A stretch of DNA of 64,000 nt, from IMG/VR virus record IMGVR_UViG_2974677434_000001, positions 6,669 through 70,668 of that record. One strand, written 5' to 3'. Position 1 is the first letter of the stretch. Each line of letters begins with the position of its first letter. Position numbers and translations under genes: made by a program. The DNA comes from a virus (Duplodnaviria > Caudoviricetes). This document shows, one piece after another, positions 34,172 through 44,596 of the stretch. The notes beneath the pieces were generated by a model. The model was not told the origin of the DNA and did no database searches. It saw nothing but the letters and a program-made list of their open reading frames with translations.

Positions 34172-34674
34172 GCTACAACTTCGGCGAGCTGCGCAAGACC
34201 GTGGCGGCGGCTGGTGGTCTGGCGATCACCGGCCTGGCCTACGTCCTCGCAGACGAGACCCTCAGCTCGATGATCCCGCCCAAGCTGGTGGCGGTCCTCG
34301 GCGCGGTGGCGACGATCTACGGCGTGTTCCGCGCCAAGGACGATCGCATCGCCGACCCCAACAAGCCGGTCCAGTCGATCCAGGTCGCGCTCGACGCGAT
34401 CGCCAAGGCCCAGGCGAAGATCGAGCAGGACAAGGCGACCGTGGCGGCGCAGGACCAGGCGCTCCAGACCGCGCTCACCCAGGCGGCAAACCAGACCCCG
34501 ACCTTGGCCCCGAGCGGGACGACGCCCTTCTCGCTGCCGCCGACGGCGATCCCGGTCCCGCCGGGCAGCGGTGGCTTCGGCCTGCCGCCGATCGCGGCGA
34601 AGGAGCTGTCGGCGCTCGACCATGAGCTGATCGACACCTTCCGCGCCGACCAGCGGGAGCCGGTCAGTGCTTGA
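34168..34674 (+). CDS. holin (2 TM + coiled coil)
   Basis: Between lysA and lysB; N-terminal TMs; ATGA overlap. Confidence 0.7.
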   Translation: MSYNFGELRKTVAAAGGLAITGLAYVLADETLSSMIPPKLVAVLGAVATIYGVFRAKDDRIADPNKPVQSIQVALDAIAKAQAKIEQDKATVAAQDQALQTALTQAANQTPTLAPSGTTPFSLPPTAIPVPPGSGGFGLPPIAAKELSALDHELIDTFRADQREPVSA

Positions 34675-35668
34675 CCTCGGCAGCTCGGGGCTGATGACCG
34701 CCGCCTGGACGGCGGTCATGCGGCGGCGCTTCGCCAGCTACGCGCTCGGGCGCGACGGCAAGCCGATCAAGATCGACGGCTACTTCGGCTACGACGAGCA
34801 GGCGGTCCAGGAGGAATACCAGCGGCGCACCGGCCAGACCAACGCGAAGCCCGGCCAGGTCTCCGATCAAGACCTCCACCGCCTCGGCCTGCTGCCGACA
34901 CTGATCACGACGCACGGCTCCGGCCAGCCCGACCCCTTCGGCATCGGCTACCCAGCGGACATCGCGCGCCGCCTGCTCCACCTCTACTGGTGGCAGCCGA
35001 CGGGCAATTACCCGGCCACCTCGGTGCCGATGAACAAGTCCGCCGACCAGGGCACCGCCGAGATTATGCGCTTCCTCGGCGACCCCAACATCGTGCCGGG
35101 GCCGACCGCCTGGGTCGACTACTCGCAGGGGTCGATCTGCGGCGGGCGGGCGCGCAACGCGATCAGGGCGGGCAAGGTCCGCCCAGGCGTCACGATCCTG
35201 GGCGGGGCCACCTTCGGCAACCCGATGCGCCGCGCGGGCGACTACGCGGGCACCGTGGACCCCGGCGGCTCGGGCCTGGACCCCGTGCTGGAGTCGAGCA
35301 ACGAGCCGGGCCTGATCCACATGGCCCACCCGAAGGACATCTACACCGCCTGGCCGGACGACGACAGCAAGGAGATGGCGCGGGCCATCTTCAACGGGGT
35401 GTTTATGCGCTTCACCGGGCGCGACTCGATCCTGGAGCAGATGGGCGAGCTGCTGTCCGGCAACCCCTTCGAGCTGTTCGCCGCCGGTCGGGCGATCCTG
35501 CGCGGCGGTGCCTTCGTCGCCAAGGGCACCGGCCCGCACGTCCAGTACCACATCAACGAGTGCCCCGGCACCGGCCAGACCTACTACGAGCACGCGGTCA
35601 CTCACCTGGAGCGCCTGGCGACGGCGCGCCTGGAGCGGATCGTGGCCGAAGCGAAGGCAGCCGCGTAA
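34667..35668 (+). CDS. lysB: mycolylarabinogalactan esterase (lysin B)
   Basis: Peptidoglycan-binding-like N-terminus (IDGYFG); cutinase-like DYSQG nucleophile motif, GNPMR, and late His (GPHVQY). Confidence 0.88.
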   Translation: MLDLGSSGLMTAAWTAVMRRRFASYALGRDGKPIKIDGYFGYDEQAVQEEYQRRTGQTNAKPGQVSDQDLHRLGLLPTLITTHGSGQPDPFGIGYPADIARRLLHLYWWQPTGNYPATSVPMNKSADQGTAEIMRFLGDPNIVPGPTAWVDYSQGSICGGRARNAIRAGKVRPGVTILGGATFGNPMRRAGDYAGTVDPGGSGLDPVLESSNEPGLIHMAHPKDIYTAWPDDDSKEMARAIFNGVFMRFTGRDSILEQMGELLSGNPFELFAAGRAILRGGAFVAKGTGPHVQYHINECPGTGQTYYEHAVTHLERLATARLERIVAEAKAAA

Positions 35669-35706
35669 GCTGCCCTCGGGCCTTCGTGGTTGTTGGCACC
35701 AGCGCA

Positions 35707-35748
35707 GAAGCCCCGGTCGACCTCGCGGGGGAGGTCTACCGGGGCTTC
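35707..35748. terminator. hairpin between convergent lysis and replication arms
   Basis: GAAGCCCCGGT/ACCGGGGCTTC plus inner GACCTC/GAGGTC. Confidence 0.75.
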
Positions 35749-35762
35749 CTCGGTGTCAGGGA

Positions 35763-36380
35763 CTAGCGCCCCTTCGACGCCCGCCACTCCGCGTAGAGGG
35801 CCTTGTCCTCGTCGCTGGCGGGCTTCAGGATCACCGGGGCGTCCTGGTTGGGCTTGCGCTCACCCTTCGTGATGCGCCCGAGCACCCAGGGGATGCCCTT
35901 GCGCAGCGCACGCTCGGCCTCGCGGACCAGCGGCTTGTTGAAGAACATCAGTTCCTCCAGGCGCTCGCCCACCTCGAACTCGTCGCACGCCTCGTACTCG
36001 CCGTGCTTGTTGGTGAAGCCGAACTCGTCCGGCAGCGTCAGCGGGATGAGGTCGAGCTTGCAGTAGGGCGACTTCCCGTCCGGCTCGTTGCCGCTGTTGA
36101 CGGTCTTCATCCGCCCGGTCTCGTAGAAGTTGCACAGGACGAGCTGATCCATGAAATGGCCCGGCTTGAAGCCGGACATCCCGCCGGGATCAGCGGCGTT
36201 GTAGGGGTCGTCGGCACCGGCCCCCGTGGCGTCGGGCAGGTCCGCCGGATTGGCAGCCTTGCTCGACTTCAGCTCCTCACCCTCGCCGTCGGCAGGCGCG
36301 GAGGCGGGCTGCTTCTTGGCGGTCGGTGCGGAGGTGGCGGTGGCAGCGCCACCCTGACCCTTGAACGGGCTTCCAGCCAT
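35763..36380 (-). CDS. hypothetical replication-arm protein, possibly ssDNA-binding
   Basis: SD AGAGG; beta-rich core; adjacent to exonuclease. SSB role is speculative. Confidence 0.6.
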   Translation of the reverse strand: MAGSPFKGQGGAATATSAPTAKKQPASAPADGEGEELKSSKAANPADLPDATGAGADDPYNAADPGGMSGFKPGHFMDQLVLCNFYETGRMKTVNSGNEPDGKSPYCKLDLIPLTLPDEFGFTNKHGEYEACDEFEVGERLEELMFFNKPLVREAERALRKGIPWVLGRITKGERKPNQDAPVILKPASDEDKALYAEWRASKGR

Positions 36381-36419
36381 GATGATGTTTCCTCTGGTGT
36401 TGGTTGTGGTGATGGTTGG

Positions 36420-37814
36420 TTACAGCAAGCCCGCGACGGATGCCGCGAACTCCCCCAGGTCGTCGTCCCAGACGTCCTGGTAGGTCTCGTAGACCGCCTG
36501 ACCCTCGTCGGCGGTCGTGATGGCGAGGAGCGCCTGGCGCGCCTCGACGTAGCGGAGGGACTCGCGCGTCGGCGAGGGCAGCGCGAACTTCGGCACCTCG
36601 ACCTTGGCCTCCTTGCGGGTGCCGCGCAGCGCCACCGACTCGATCAGCCGGTAGCCTCCCCATTCCTTGTTGATCGTGAGCGCGGCGGCGTTCTCGGGGT
36701 GGTCGCTGGGCACGCTGATGATCACCGCGTAGTCCTCGGCCACCTCGGGCATCGGCTCCCACCCGTCGCCCTCGATGTTGAGCATGTGGGTGGCCCACCC
36801 GTAGACCCCGCCGACCTGGCAGGCCCAGGTGATCCAGTTGTACTGGATCGAGTCGGACTTCGTGGTCTTGATGTCGCCGAGGATCAGCTCGCCGGTCGAC
36901 ACGCTGCGCAGGATGCAGTCGAGCTTGCCCGCGACGTGCTCGCTCAGCTCCTCGTTTGCGTTGAGGACCGTCCGCTCGACGTACTGCGGGACGACGATCA
37001 GCCCGTGCCGGGCGAGGACGCGGTGGAAGGCGTCGACATGCGGGCGCGCCATCGGCGGGACGTCGCGCAGCAGCACGATCCCGGCGGCGAGCGCTTCGAG
37101 CCAGGCGTGGATGCACTCGCCGAACTCGCGGGCCTCCGCGCCGCCCATCATGTCGTAGAGCTTCTCGACGGCGGCGTCGATCTGGTTGACCTTCGTGCTG
37201 GTGCGGTAGGCCCCGACGAGGTTCTCCCACAGCTCGCCAGCGGTGTGGCCGGGCACGACGCCCGCCGGGGCGTCCGGCCCGTGCTCCTCCAGGATGGCGA
37301 GGAGCTGGACCACCGCGCCGACAGTCTCGCGCCGCCGCCACTTCTCCAGGCCGGTGACGTCATCGAGCACCTTCGCCACGGTCGTGGCGCGCGGGTAGAG
37401 GGTGGCCCGCCCGGTCTCGGGGTGCGGGAGCTTGTAGTAGCCCCATTGCCCGAACTTCGACGGGGCGCGCGGGACCAGCGGAGGCAGCGGGTAGCCCATC
37501 CACTCCGTTGTCCGCTGGGCCTCCTCGAAGTCGTTGCCGATGTCCATCGCTGTGCTCTCCTCTGCGGTTGTTGGCTGTGCTGATACCGCCGGGGCGGTGT
37601 TCGTGCGGCTGTGGGGCTGCTGGGCGGTCGTTTGGGGCTGATCTGGGTCGCCGTCCCAGGTGATGACCGAGCCGTCCGGCGCGATCACGACCTTGTAGTC
37701 GGGATGGGCGAGCGCCGGGTTAGCGCTCCAGCCGTCCTGGTCGGACTTGCCGGACCGGAAGAACACCCGGCCATCGGGCTGGCGGTGAGCGGGGAAGGCC
37801 CGCGCGATGTTCAT
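36420..37814 (-). CDS. PD-(D/E)XK (Cas4/RecB-like) exonuclease
   Basis: HVAGKLDCIL...LILGDIKTTK motif; ATGA overlap; second in-frame start at 37547. Confidence 0.8.
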   Translation of the reverse strand: MNIARAFPAHRQPDGRVFFRSGKSDQDGWSANPALAHPDYKVVIAPDGSVITWDGDPDQPQTTAQQPHSRTNTAPAVSAQPTTAEESTAMDIGNDFEEAQRTTEWMGYPLPPLVPRAPSKFGQWGYYKLPHPETGRATLYPRATTVAKVLDDVTGLEKWRRRETVGAVVQLLAILEEHGPDAPAGVVPGHTAGELWENLVGAYRTSTKVNQIDAAVEKLYDMMGGAEAREFGECIHAWLEALAAGIVLLRDVPPMARPHVDAFHRVLARHGLIVVPQYVERTVLNANEELSEHVAGKLDCILRSVSTGELILGDIKTTKSDSIQYNWITWACQVGGVYGWATHMLNIEGDGWEPMPEVAEDYAVIISVPSDHPENAAALTINKEWGGYRLIESVALRGTRKEAKVEVPKFALPSPTRESLRYVEARQALLAITTADEGQAVYETYQDVWDDDLGEFAASVAGLL

Positions 37815-38275
37815 CGGCCCGCCATCAGGTCGGCGTAGTCGAAGCGATCGCCGAGCGCGTCGTGGATGGTCACCGGGTCGCCCTCCAGCTCCAGGCAGCG
37901 GTTGTCATAGATCACCGCGTACTTCGGCACGGTCGTCTGGCCGGTCACCCAGGCCACGCCCTCGGCTGTCAGCCGCCACCAGCCGGTCCGCGTCGAGCCG
38001 TCGGGGCGGCGGTCGGCGTCGCGGGCGATCAGCGCCCAGTGGCGCGTCAGCACCTCGTCCTGGCCAGCGGAGCGGATCGAGGGCAGATGGACCCAGGCGG
38101 TGCCGTGGTCGCGGTGCATGTCGATCAGGACGCGCGCCATCGAGGCGGTGATCTTGCGCCGGTAGACCTTGACATTCTGGGAGCAGCACGGGCACTCGCC
38201 GCCCTCGTCATACATCACGGTCTCCAGCCAGGCCCGCCCCTCGGCGATCGTGGCGTCCAGCCCCGGCGCGGTCAT
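37811..38275 (-). CDS. hypothetical protein with CPCC knuckle and winged-helix-like region
   Basis: Coupled at both ends; GC3-rich. Confidence 0.7.
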   Translation of the reverse strand: MTAPGLDATIAEGRAWLETVMYDEGGECPCCSQNVKVYRRKITASMARVLIDMHRDHGTAWVHLPSIRSAGQDEVLTRHWALIARDADRRPDGSTRTGWWRLTAEGVAWVTGQTTVPKYAVIYDNRCLELEGDPVTIHDALGDRFDYADLMAGR

Positions 38276-40038
38276 GCGCTGGCCTCCGGCGCTACCTCGC
38301 GGCGGACCTTGCGGTCGAGCACCCGGCTGACGACGCGGTTGCTGATCTCGTCGGACAGCCGCGCCTTCGTCATGTTGTCCGCGCCGACGATCCCCAGGCC
38401 CCGCGCGTAGTCGAGCTGCTTCTCGCTCGGCGGCTGATTACGCCGCCAGGCGTCCTGCTTCGAGGGGAGGCGCTGGTCGGTCTCCACGATCCAGGTCTCG
38501 GCACCTTCGAGGGCCTGGTCGAGGCTCACGAAGTCCGGCTCGTCCACGATGAACATCCCCGAGCCGGAGGCCCAGCCGCCCACCTTCGTGCGGGTGTTGA
38601 GCTGGCCGATGGCCCAGGTGGTCGAGTAGGGGTCGATCGGGCGGTAGCCGTCCTTCGGGAAGATGAAAACGACCTCGTTGTCCTCCAGCAAGCTGATGAA
38701 CGGCAGGCCCTTGACGGTCTCGCCCCAGGTGACGTCCGACCCGGCCAGCAGGTCGATCGAGACCATATCGACCGGCCCCATACGGACGAGCTTCTCGGCC
38801 TTCTCGACCGGCTCGGGGTCGCCGTCCAGCTCCGCCGCGCACGCTTCGCACTCGCCGCCCGGCTGGATGCGAGCGCCGCAGACCGAGCAGATGGTCAGCT
38901 CGTTGCCGTCCTCGTCCACGTCCTTGGTCTCGGCACCGGGCACCAGTTGGGTCAGGTTGACGAGCTTCATCGTGCGAGCCGACCCGGCGAGGTCGAGCAC
39001 CAGCGCGTCGTCCTTGCCGGGGTGGAGGCGCAGCGAGCGCCCGATCATCTGGCTGTAGAGGTTCTTCGAGCGCGTCGGGCGGGCCAGCACCACGCTGTCG
39101 CACATCGGGAAGTCTGCGCCCTCGGTGAGCACCTGGACCGTGACGAGCGCCTTCGCGTCGCCCTGGCGGTAAGCCTCGTAGAGGGGCTGGCGGTCGGCGT
39201 AACCCAGCTCGCCGGTCACCGCGACGGCGGGGAAGTCGGCGGCGGTCAGGCTCTCGGCGATGTGGTGCGCGGCGTCGACCGAGGCGGCGAAGATGATCGG
39301 CTGGCGGTCAGCGGCGTGGAGCTTGATCGCGTCGACAACGTACTGGGTCGCCGCCTCCATGACCTCGGCCAGCTCCGCCTGGTGGAAGTCGCCCGCGACC
39401 GTGCGGACGTCATCGAGCTTGTCCAGGCCCTTGATCTTCACGGTCAGACCGTGCGGCATGACCAGGTAGCCCTTGCGGATCGCCCAGAGGATGTCCTTCT
39501 CGTAGACGACCTTCTGGATCACGTCGCCGAGGCCGACCTTGCCGCCGCCCTGGCGGCTCATCGTGGCGGTGAAGCCCGCCATCAGCGCGTGGTCGTACCC
39601 GCCCAGCTCGCGGAAGGTCGCATGAAAGCCGTCAGCGCCCGCGTGGTGTACCTCGTCCCAGAGGATGCGACGGCGCGGTCCGAGGGACTCGCGGCGCTTG
39701 GCGGTGGCCAGCGTTTGGAGGGTGGCGACGACGATCGGGGCGCTGTGCTCGTCCTGGTCGGCGCGCACGATGCCGACGTCGCCGCGAGGGATCGAGGGGT
39801 CGACCTCGAAGATCGTCCCGGCCATCTGGTCGACCAGCTCGCCACGGTGCGCGATCATCAGGACGGGATCGCCCTGGTGGTAGCCGTTGACGGCGGTCTT
39901 GCTGATGACGGTCGACTTGCCGGTCCCGGTCGGGAGAACGACACCGACGCGCTGGCTGTCCGGTCCGGCTGCCCAGGCCGACTCGATGGCCTCGACGGCT
40001 TCGAGCTGATACGGGCGGAGGGTGCGGGGCTGGTTCAT
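38272..40038 (-). CDS. superfamily 2 DNA helicase
   Basis: LRPYQ, PTGTGKS, DEVHH, TAT, VLTEGADFP, QMIGRSLR motifs. Confidence 0.93.
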   Translation of the reverse strand: MNQPRTLRPYQLEAVEAIESAWAAGPDSQRVGVVLPTGTGKSTVISKTAVNGYHQGDPVLMIAHRGELVDQMAGTIFEVDPSIPRGDVGIVRADQDEHSAPIVVATLQTLATAKRRESLGPRRRILWDEVHHAGADGFHATFRELGGYDHALMAGFTATMSRQGGGKVGLGDVIQKVVYEKDILWAIRKGYLVMPHGLTVKIKGLDKLDDVRTVAGDFHQAELAEVMEAATQYVVDAIKLHAADRQPIIFAASVDAAHHIAESLTAADFPAVAVTGELGYADRQPLYEAYRQGDAKALVTVQVLTEGADFPMCDSVVLARPTRSKNLYSQMIGRSLRLHPGKDDALVLDLAGSARTMKLVNLTQLVPGAETKDVDEDGNELTICSVCGARIQPGGECEACAAELDGDPEPVEKAEKLVRMGPVDMVSIDLLAGSDVTWGETVKGLPFISLLEDNEVVFIFPKDGYRPIDPYSTTWAIGQLNTRTKVGGWASGSGMFIVDEPDFVSLDQALEGAETWIVETDQRLPSKQDAWRRNQPPSEKQLDYARGLGIVGADNMTKARLSDEISNRVVSRVLDRKVRREVAPEASA

Positions 40039-40104
40039 GGTGTCGGTGTTCCTGCCGGTGCTGGTGCTGGTGAGTGGTGTTGGTAGTGGTGGGCTGGTCG
40101 CTCG

Positions 40105-40160
40105 GGATCGCCGGGCGACCGGCCACCTCTGAAGTTACCCGACTTCGGCGGGCTTGTCTA
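40105..40160 (-). promoter_or_regulatory. early cassette copy 4 (helicase operon)
   Basis: TAGACA(40160-40155)-agcccgccgaagtcggg-TAACTT(40137-40132); hairpin is divergent. Confidence 0.75.
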
Positions 40161-40334
40161 CTACCTCCGCGCGATCAGGTAGCGCTCGATCGTCACGCGC
40201 ATGTCCTCGCGGAGCGCCGCGCGCACCGCCTTGAATGCCTGCCAGGCCGAGGTGCCCCGGTAGAGCAGGTTGTCGCGGAAGCCGTCGGGCGTCTGGTCCT
40301 CGCCGGACACGATCCAGCCCTGGCGCGCCTTCAC
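40161..40334 (-). CDS. hypothetical protein (57 aa)
   Basis: GTGA overlap with upstream stop. Confidence 0.55.
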   Translation of the reverse strand: MKARQGWIVSGEDQTPDGFRDNLLYRGTSAWQAFKAVRAALREDMRVTIERYLIARR

Positions 40335-41035
40335 GGCGTCACCTCGGCAGCAGCCGCGAGGCGCTCGGCCTTCTCCTCCATGAGCTTGGCCAGGACCGAC
40401 AGCGGCATCCGGTGCCAGACGTCCTCGTCCCAGACGAACTCCTTGCGCCGCGTCTGCTCCTCGGTGATGCGATCGGGGTCGCCGCCGCAGTAGGCCCAGA
40501 CGCACTCCGCGCCGCGCCGGTAGTTGACGGCGTACATCGTGCCGCCTCCCCAGCCCCGGTCCTCCAGGTAGAGGTCGGTCGGCAGGCCGGACAGGTAGCG
40601 CTTCACGTTGGGCAGGCGCTCGACGGCGGCGAACGCCGCGCAGATCGGCCCGTTACGCAGCGCCTTCGTCTTGCGCGCCGGGACCAGCTTCGGCGTCGCG
40701 GTCTGGCGGTGGATGCGCCAGCCCTCGGGCACCGGCTGAGCGTCGGGGTGCCCGGCCCAGTAGGTCATGGCGACCGGCACGCGGAAGCCGACCAGATCGG
40801 TGCGGTTGCCAAAGCTGCTGATGTAGGCGTCCTCGGCGGTCAGGCCGATGGTCGCCGCCAGCTCGCCGATCTTGTCGACGTGCGCCCGGTAGTCCTCGGC
40901 CCAGCGGTCGAAGGCGGCGATCTGCTCGGCGTCGGTGGTCAGCCACCAGGCGGCGGGCAGCGGACCCTTGCTCGGCAGCTTGTCGCCCATCAGCTCGCGG
41001 GCGACGTTGACGTCGGTCACCTCGATGGCGGTCAC
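40331..41035 (-). CDS. hypothetical protein
   Basis: GTGA coupling with GGAGG SD; coherent ORF. Confidence 0.7.
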   Translation of the reverse strand: MTAIEVTDVNVARELMGDKLPSKGPLPAAWWLTTDAEQIAAFDRWAEDYRAHVDKIGELAATIGLTAEDAYISSFGNRTDLVGFRVPVAMTYWAGHPDAQPVPEGWRIHRQTATPKLVPARKTKALRNGPICAAFAAVERLPNVKRYLSGLPTDLYLEDRGWGGGTMYAVNYRRGAECVWAYCGGDPDRITEEQTRRKEFVWDEDVWHRMPLSVLAKLMEEKAERLAAAAEVTP

Positions 41036-41484
41036 GCGGAGACCTCCTCGGCGGGCAGGTACCCGGCGGCGCGGAGCACGCCCGCGACGTCGGGCGGCTG
41101 CCAGCCCTCGGGCTTCAGCAGCTTGCCGTCCTCGCGGCGCACGATGTCGCCGAAGGTGCCGTCGACCTTGGACAGGTTGGACGACCAGACCTCGCGGCAG
41201 ACGTTGCGGGCGACCTCCTCGCCGAAGTAGGTCAGCAGCGTGCCCCAGGCGATGACGATCACGTCGGCCAGCCCGTCGGCGACCTCGACGGGATCGGCGT
41301 CGCCCCAGATGATCACCTCGTCGGGGCCTTCCACGGTCGCCTTCTCGCCGGACAGGTACTCGCGGAACTCCTCGGCCAGTAGCCGGACCCGCAGGCTGCG
41401 GGTCTCGGTGTCGGCCAGGCCGACCGCCTCGGGAAGCTCGGCCAGACGGGCAAACTCCGTCGTGGCCTCGATGATGCGGGACAT
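41032..41484 (-). CDS. MazG-like nucleotide pyrophosphohydrolase
   Basis: LLAEEFREY...EVADGLADVIV...SNLSK...REDGKLLKPEGWQPPD. Confidence 0.85.
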   Translation of the reverse strand: MSRIIEATTEFARLAELPEAVGLADTETRSLRVRLLAEEFREYLSGEKATVEGPDEVIIWGDADPVEVADGLADVIVIAWGTLLTYFGEEVARNVCREVWSSNLSKVDGTFGDIVRREDGKLLKPEGWQPPDVAGVLRAAGYLPAEEVSA

Positions 41485-41515
41485 GAATCTCCTTGTCGTG
41501 GTTGTTGTTCCGGCG

Positions 41516-44512
41516 CTATTCAGCGTCGGTGATCTCGGCAGCGGCAGCGGTGCGGGCCTGGGCAGGCGTCGCGCCGGGATTGTCGGGGTCTGCCGGGTCG
41601 GTGGGGATGTACCTCGCGCCGGACGGGGTGCCGGTGAGGGTCTGGACCAGCCGGTAGGTGATCGCCTTGTCGACCGCCAGATGGATGCGCTGCTTCCAGT
41701 ACGCCGGAGCGTCCTTGCGGCTGAGCGCGTAGGCGTCGGGCCGGATCGCGGCGACCAGATCGGCGCGGGTCGCGCCCTGCTCGGGACGGTCGAGGACGTA
41801 GGCGTGGATACGGATCGCGGTCTCCACGATCGGCTCGGGCAGCGGGCGCGCGAGCACGATCTCGCCCTGCATCGGGTCGACGTGACCGTTGGGGCCGGTG
41901 ATCACCGGGGCGCTCAGCGCCACGGTGTCGTCCGGCTCGTCGGCGTCGTGCTCGACCAGCCCGCCGACGTCGATCATCAGCAGCGGGATGGCGTCCTCCA
42001 ACTGCTCGGCGTTCTTCTGCTTCGACGTCCAGACCTCGATCGGCTTGCCGGGCAGCCGCCCGTCGGCGTCGGTGATCTGCTCGGTATCCCAGCGCGCCGG
42101 GCGGACCAGCAGCTCGCTGTCGAGCGCGCCGTTGAGCGCCGAGCTGCCGCGTGCGACGTCGGGCGCGTGCTTGGCGCTGTGGTGGACGACGCAGACGCCC
42201 GCGTTGGTCAGCTCCTTGAGCTTGTCGTAGCGGCGCACCGCCCGCCCGACGTCGGTCGCGCTGTTCTCCTCCAGCCCCGAGGCCATACGGGCGAAGGTGT
42301 CGAAGATGACCAGGCCGATGCCGTTGCGCGCGATGTACGCCGCGAGGTCGCCCCATGCCTCGTTGCTCGCCTGGACCAGGATGATCGAGTCGCCCAGGAG
42401 CAGGTCGTGGCTCAGCTCGACGCCGTGCGCCGCCTCCCAGGCGCGGAGCCGCTGGACCGCGCCGGACAGGCCCTCGCCGGGCAGGTAGAGAACCTTGGTC
42501 TTGAGCGTGCGCCGCCCCTGCCAGCGCTTGCCGATGGCGATGTGGCAGGCCATATCCAGGGCCACGGTCGACTTCCCGACACCGGGCGGGCCGACGATGC
42601 AGCTCAGACCGCCGTGCTCGATCAGGCCCTCGATGATGTACTCCGGCGGCGGCATGTCGCGCCAATGCGAGAAGGGCGCGATGCGCGGCACGCCGCTGTG
42701 CTTCGACTCGAAAACGTCGGGGTCGTCGGCCTCGTCGCCAGCGCCGACGAAGGGCGCGTCGGCGGCGGGCTTCTTCTCGCGCTGCTTGGCCGGAGCGTCG
42801 CCGCGTGTCGGCAGGCTGGCCAGGTCGGTGTCGACGTCGATCGGCGCGGCGGTCGAGCCGCCCTCGTTGACGTCCTCGGGATCGTCGCCGCCGTCGGCCT
42901 CCTCGCGCCGGGCCTCGGCGACCATCGAGGTGATCGTGTCGCCGTCGCTGGCGAGGTGCCCGCCGGTTTCGGCGGCGTCGTCCTCGTCCTTGGCGTGCCA
43001 GAGCGCGCCGTCCTCGTCCTCGACAAACAGCCCCGCGCCGGTCTTGCACACCCGGCAGAAGTGCCCGTCGTCGGAGCAGGCGCACTCGACCGCGCCGCAG
43101 ACCGGGCACGGTCCCTCGGGGTCGGTCTCGGTGCCGCTGTTGACATCGGACGCGGTGCCGGACAGGTGATTGCTCGGGGCGGCGGGCAGCTCGAAGTCGC
43201 CGTCGCCCTCCATCTGGTGCTCCTCGTCGGCGCGCTGGCTGCGCGGCGCGATGTCGGGGTCGACCTCGGTCCCGCCGGGCGTCAGCTCCATGTCGTCCAT
43301 CGCCTTGCCGACGTTGCCGCCGTAGGCGATCAGCGCGACAGCCTGGAGCTTCGAGAAGGTCGGACGCCAGTTGTCCTCGCCGATGCCGTCGGTGAACGGC
43401 GGCGCGTCGTGGTCGGTCCAGAGGTGAAGCGGGGCGTTGACCTCGGTGTAGCGCCCGAGCGAGCAACCCGCGTCGTGGGCGGTGGCCGACTTCGGCGAGG
43501 CGTGGACACCGGGCGCGGTCCAGGCGGCGCACCCGCAGGCGTCGGCGCGCGGTGCCATCGTCCAGCCCAGCGGCTCCAGGATGGCCGACCACGGGGTCGC
43601 CTCGGCCCAGGAGGCGATCGAGCGGGCCAGGTCGGAGGCGTCCTCGTCGTCGTCGCGGTTGCCGGTAGCGCGCTCGATGCGCCGGGCGGCGGTCTCGGTG
43701 ATCGCGCTCAGAATCCAGGGTGAGTCCTCGACGTCGTAGTCCCGACCGAGCAGCTCGTAGCGCCCCTCCGGCCTGGTCGACGGCGGGATCAGCACATAGC
43801 GGCGATCCCAGAGGATGGCGAAGCCGTCGTCGCCGCCCCAGGTCATCGCCCCGAGGTTGCGCGGCAGCGTCGGCATCAGCTTGTCGGGCACCGTGAAGTA
43901 GAAATGACCGCCGTCGGCGTGCGCCCAGGTGCTCGGGTCGTCGGGGTCGGCGTCGTCGCCCATATGGCCGGGCGTGACGACCGTCGGCGCGGGCCGGTCC
44001 TCGACGGGGAAGTCGGCGGGCAGCGCGACCTGGTAGAAGCGCTCCAGTTGCGCCTTCGTGTCGCAGTCGACCACGATCAGGCCGGACGCGCCCACCTCGA
44101 CGGCGAGGTTGACGGCGGCGGGCTTGACCATCGTCAGCTCGCTGGCCTTCTTGGCGTTGTAGGGCACCTCCTCGCCGTCGGCGTTCTCCCAGGTGGAGAA
44201 CAGCTCGATGTAGCGCTTGAGGTAGCGGTCGAGGACGGTCTTGTTGGTCGTCGCCAGCGCCAGCCCGGCGGGTGACTTGATGCGCCGCCAGTCCTTGCGC
44301 CCGGCCTCCTTCGCCTCGGCCTGGGCAGCCTTGTCGTCCTTGTTGCGCTGCTGGATCGTGCGCAGGTCGGCGGGCACCTTCGAGTCGGGGTAGATGAACA
44401 GCACCGCCAGGCCGATGTCGGCGGCGGAGCGGATGAACGCCTTTACGGCGTCGTGGTCGGTGTTGTCGACACCGGAGCCGAGCACCGCCTGGAGCGGGGT
44501 AGAGCCGAGCAT
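41516..44512 (-). CDS. DNA primase/polymerase fused to AAA_25 (RepA-like) helicase
   Basis: Prim-pol motifs LIVVDCD, GGHFYF, VLIPPS; Walker A GPPGVGKS, Walker B VIFDT, VVHH, RGSSAL. Confidence 0.9.
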   Translation of the reverse strand: MLGSTPLQAVLGSGVDNTDHDAVKAFIRSAADIGLAVLFIYPDSKVPADLRTIQQRNKDDKAAQAEAKEAGRKDWRRIKSPAGLALATTNKTVLDRYLKRYIELFSTWENADGEEVPYNAKKASELTMVKPAAVNLAVEVGASGLIVVDCDTKAQLERFYQVALPADFPVEDRPAPTVVTPGHMGDDADPDDPSTWAHADGGHFYFTVPDKLMPTLPRNLGAMTWGGDDGFAILWDRRYVLIPPSTRPEGRYELLGRDYDVEDSPWILSAITETAARRIERATGNRDDDEDASDLARSIASWAEATPWSAILEPLGWTMAPRADACGCAAWTAPGVHASPKSATAHDAGCSLGRYTEVNAPLHLWTDHDAPPFTDGIGEDNWRPTFSKLQAVALIAYGGNVGKAMDDMELTPGGTEVDPDIAPRSQRADEEHQMEGDGDFELPAAPSNHLSGTASDVNSGTETDPEGPCPVCGAVECACSDDGHFCRVCKTGAGLFVEDEDGALWHAKDEDDAAETGGHLASDGDTITSMVAEARREEADGGDDPEDVNEGGSTAAPIDVDTDLASLPTRGDAPAKQREKKPAADAPFVGAGDEADDPDVFESKHSGVPRIAPFSHWRDMPPPEYIIEGLIEHGGLSCIVGPPGVGKSTVALDMACHIAIGKRWQGRRTLKTKVLYLPGEGLSGAVQRLRAWEAAHGVELSHDLLLGDSIILVQASNEAWGDLAAYIARNGIGLVIFDTFARMASGLEENSATDVGRAVRRYDKLKELTNAGVCVVHHSAKHAPDVARGSSALNGALDSELLVRPARWDTEQITDADGRLPGKPIEVWTSKQKNAEQLEDAIPLLMIDVGGLVEHDADEPDDTVALSAPVITGPNGHVDPMQGEIVLARPLPEPIVETAIRIHAYVLDRPEQGATRADLVAAIRPDAYALSRKDAPAYWKQRIHLAVDKAITYRLVQTLTGTPSGARYIPTDPADPDNPGATPAQARTAAAAEITDAE

Positions 44513-44596
44513 GTGGAGCCTTCCTGCGGGGTGTGGTTGTTGGCCAGAAGCGCGAGCCTAGCGGTGGCCGGAGGGTCCGGCCACCAGGCCCAAAAC

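Noticed and set aside
36420-37814. Cas4 as part of a CRISPR system
   Set aside because: Solo PD-(D/E)XK nuclease in a replication module, with no array or other cas genes.
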